From Eledone cirrhosa (taxonomy: Eukaryota), in NCBI GenBank assembly GCA_964016885.1, contig OZ024766.1:19034001-19098000 (forward strand): 64,000 nucleotides of DNA. The letters are read 5' to 3'. Position numbers and translations under genes: made by a program. Positions within the stretch are counted from its first letter, which is position 1, and each line of letters opens with the position of its first letter. Under the pieces are notes generated by a model. The model saw only the letters and a program-made list of their open reading frames with translations. It made no database searches and was not told the DNA's origin. Positions 61,832-64,000 of the stretch are shown piece after piece.

Positions 61832-63135
61832 GTGGAAGCCCGTGGCCCAGTGGTAAGGGTGTTGGACTTACGACCAGAATGTCGTGGGTTTGATTCCTGG
61901 GTTGTGTGTTGTGTTCTTGAACAAGACACTTCATTTCACGTTGCTCCAGTATACTCAGCTGAACATGAGTACCAGTAATTGCTGGAGGTTTAATCCTGTG
62001 ATGGACTGGTGTCATGTCCAGGGGGGAGTCTTGTACTCTCAGTCACTTCATATATACTTTACATAACCCTGTGATGGACTGGTGTCCTGTCCAGGGGGAG
62101 TCTTGTACTCTCAGTCACTTCCTATATACTTTACATAACCCTGTGATGGACTGGTGTCCTGTCCAGAGGGAGTCTTGTACTCTCAGTCACTTCCTATATA
62201 CTTTACATAACCCTGTGATGGACTGGTGTCCTGTCCAGGGGGAGTCTTGTACTCTCAGTCACTTCCTATATACTTTACATAACCCTGTGATGGACTGGTG
62301 TCCTGTCCAGGGGGAAGTCTTGTATTCTCAGTCACTTCATATATACTTTACATAACCCTGTGATGGCCTGGTGTCCTGTCCAGGGGGAGTCTTGTACTCT
62401 CAGTCACTTCATATATACTTTATACAACCCTGTGATGGACTGGAGACCTGTCCAGGTGGAGTCTTGTATTCTCAGTCACTTCATATATACTTTACATAAC
62501 CCTGTGATGGCCTGGTGTCCTGTCCAGGGGGGAGTCTTGTATTCTCAGTCACTTCATATATACTTTACATAACCCTGTGATGGCCTGGTGTCCTGTCCAG
62601 GGGGAGTCTTGTACTCTCAGTCACTTCATATATACTTTACATAACCCTGTGATGGACTGGAGACCTGTCCAGGGGGAGTCTTGTATTCTCAGTCACTTCA
62701 TATATACTTTACATAACTCTGTGATGGACTGGTGTCCTGTCCAGGGGGAGTCTTGTACTCTCAGTCACTTCATATATACTTTACATAACCCTGTGATGGA
62801 CTGGTGTCCTGTCCAGGGGGAGTCTTGTACTCTCAGTCACTTCATATATACTTTACATAACCCTGTGATGGACTGGTGTCCTGTCCAGGGGGAAGTCTTG
62901 TATTCTCAGTCACTTCATATATACTTTACATAACCCTGTGATGGCCTGGTGTCCTGTCCAGGGGGAAGTCTTGTATTCTCAGTCACTTCATATATACTTT
63001 ACATAACCCTGTGATGGACTGGAGACCTGTCCAGGGGGAGTCTTGTATTCTCAGTCACTTCATATATACTTTACATAACCCTGTGATGGCCTGGTGTCCT
63101 GTCCAGGGGGAGTCTTGTACTCTCAGTCACTTAAT
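61832..63135 (+). mobile_element. tRNA-derived CORE-SINE (different 3' part) with a 72-bp array (~16 units, 61995-63135)
   Basis: A box tggcccagtgg, B box gggtttgattcc, CORE-like cttgaacaagacacttcatttcacgttgctccagtatactcagctg. Unit: cctgtgatggactggtgtcctgtccagggggagtcttgtactctcagtcacttcatatatactttacataac. Confidence 0.88.
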
Positions 63136-63284
63136 ATATACACAATAATTCTGCAGTAAATGTTTGTATTTCTACAGTAATTCCGCAGTGGAATTTGCAG
63201 GCAATTTAAAGATAAAAAAGAATGACACCAAAACACTTTTGTTCATTTATTTCAAAAAATATCTAAAAATATGTCATTTATAGA

Positions 63285-63890
63285 ATCATCATCATCACCG
63301 TTTTACGTCCGTTCTTCCACGCTAGCATGGGTTAGACGGGTTGTCCTGTTGTGGGCAGTGTCTGGTCGGCTGACCATGCCTTGCTCATACAAGAACTGAT
63401 TTGGCTTGATTTCTACAGCTGGATGCCCTTCCTAACACCAACCTCATTTACAGTGAGTGCTGGGTGCTTTTTCGTGGCGCCTACACGTCCACTTTACAGT
63501 GTGGGCTGGGTGCTTTTTTGCCGTGGCACCTCCACGACCACTCTACAGTGAGTGCTGGGTGTTTTTTGCCGTGGCACCTCCACGACCACTTTACAGTGAG
63601 TGCTGGGTGCTTTTTGCCGTGGCACCTCCACGACCACTTTACAGTGTGGGCTGGGTGCTTTTTTGCCGTGGCACCTCCACGACCACTTTACAGTGGGAGG
63701 GTGTGGGGGGCATATTGTCTATATGTTTCAGCTTGTACCCATGGGAGGTCGGGTACTCTGTATTATTGCGTGACGCGGTCGTGTGTCATCGCCTTTGAGA
63801 GGTGTAATTGGGTAAGGTCGGCTTTTATCACTTCATCCCAGGTCACCCCAATCTGCGGTTTGCATTAACTTTTAGTGCTCTGCACCTTTT
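63285..63890 (-). mobile_element. RTE-ORF-end-headed element with ~5 x 49-bp module and (TGA)n tail (same family as 50636-51186)
   Basis: Minus translation CRALKVNANRRLG / TWDEVIKADLTQLHLSKAMTHDR, followed by the module and tail. Confidence 0.8.
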
Positions 63891-64000
63891 TATGCATAAT
63901 ATAAAATATTGTATAAAAATTAATATAAAATTTTTTTTTAAATGGTAGAAAAAGATGAGAAAAAAATAGTATTTTAAAGATTATGGTATACCTTTCTGGG

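Overview
Eukaryotic, extremely repeat-rich DNA. The SINE/RTE repertoire and the very large (AT)n/(CA)n/(GA)n/(GGT)n microsatellites suggest an octopod cephalopod; this is inferred from recalled repeat families, not from a search. Almost all ORFs in the track are translations of simple repeats. The window contains: one probable host coding exon (minus strand, 11589-10547; GC/CpG-rich start, Pro/Gln-rich, ending at an AG|GTATGG donor); tRNA-derived SINEs (CORE-type and a second type); 3' fragments of RTE, Tx1/L1 and probably CR1-clade LINEs; about a dozen minisatellites of 48-141 bp, nearly all traceable to a piece of the element they sit in; and a 200-N assembly gap. The most notable unannotated signal is a dense set of type-I hammerhead ribozyme motifs (CUGANGA...GAAA...UH). 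Four look complete and about ten are partial or degenerate. They fall into several distinct sequence families of short Penelope-pLTR/retrozyme-like units, mostly next to (TA)n tracts and often as head-to-head or fold-back duplications. A second theme is a shared, apparently structured ~48-49 bp RNA module, present both in SINEs and in an extended RTE 3' UTR, that has repeatedly expanded into arrays. All structures were paired by eye and none was computed.
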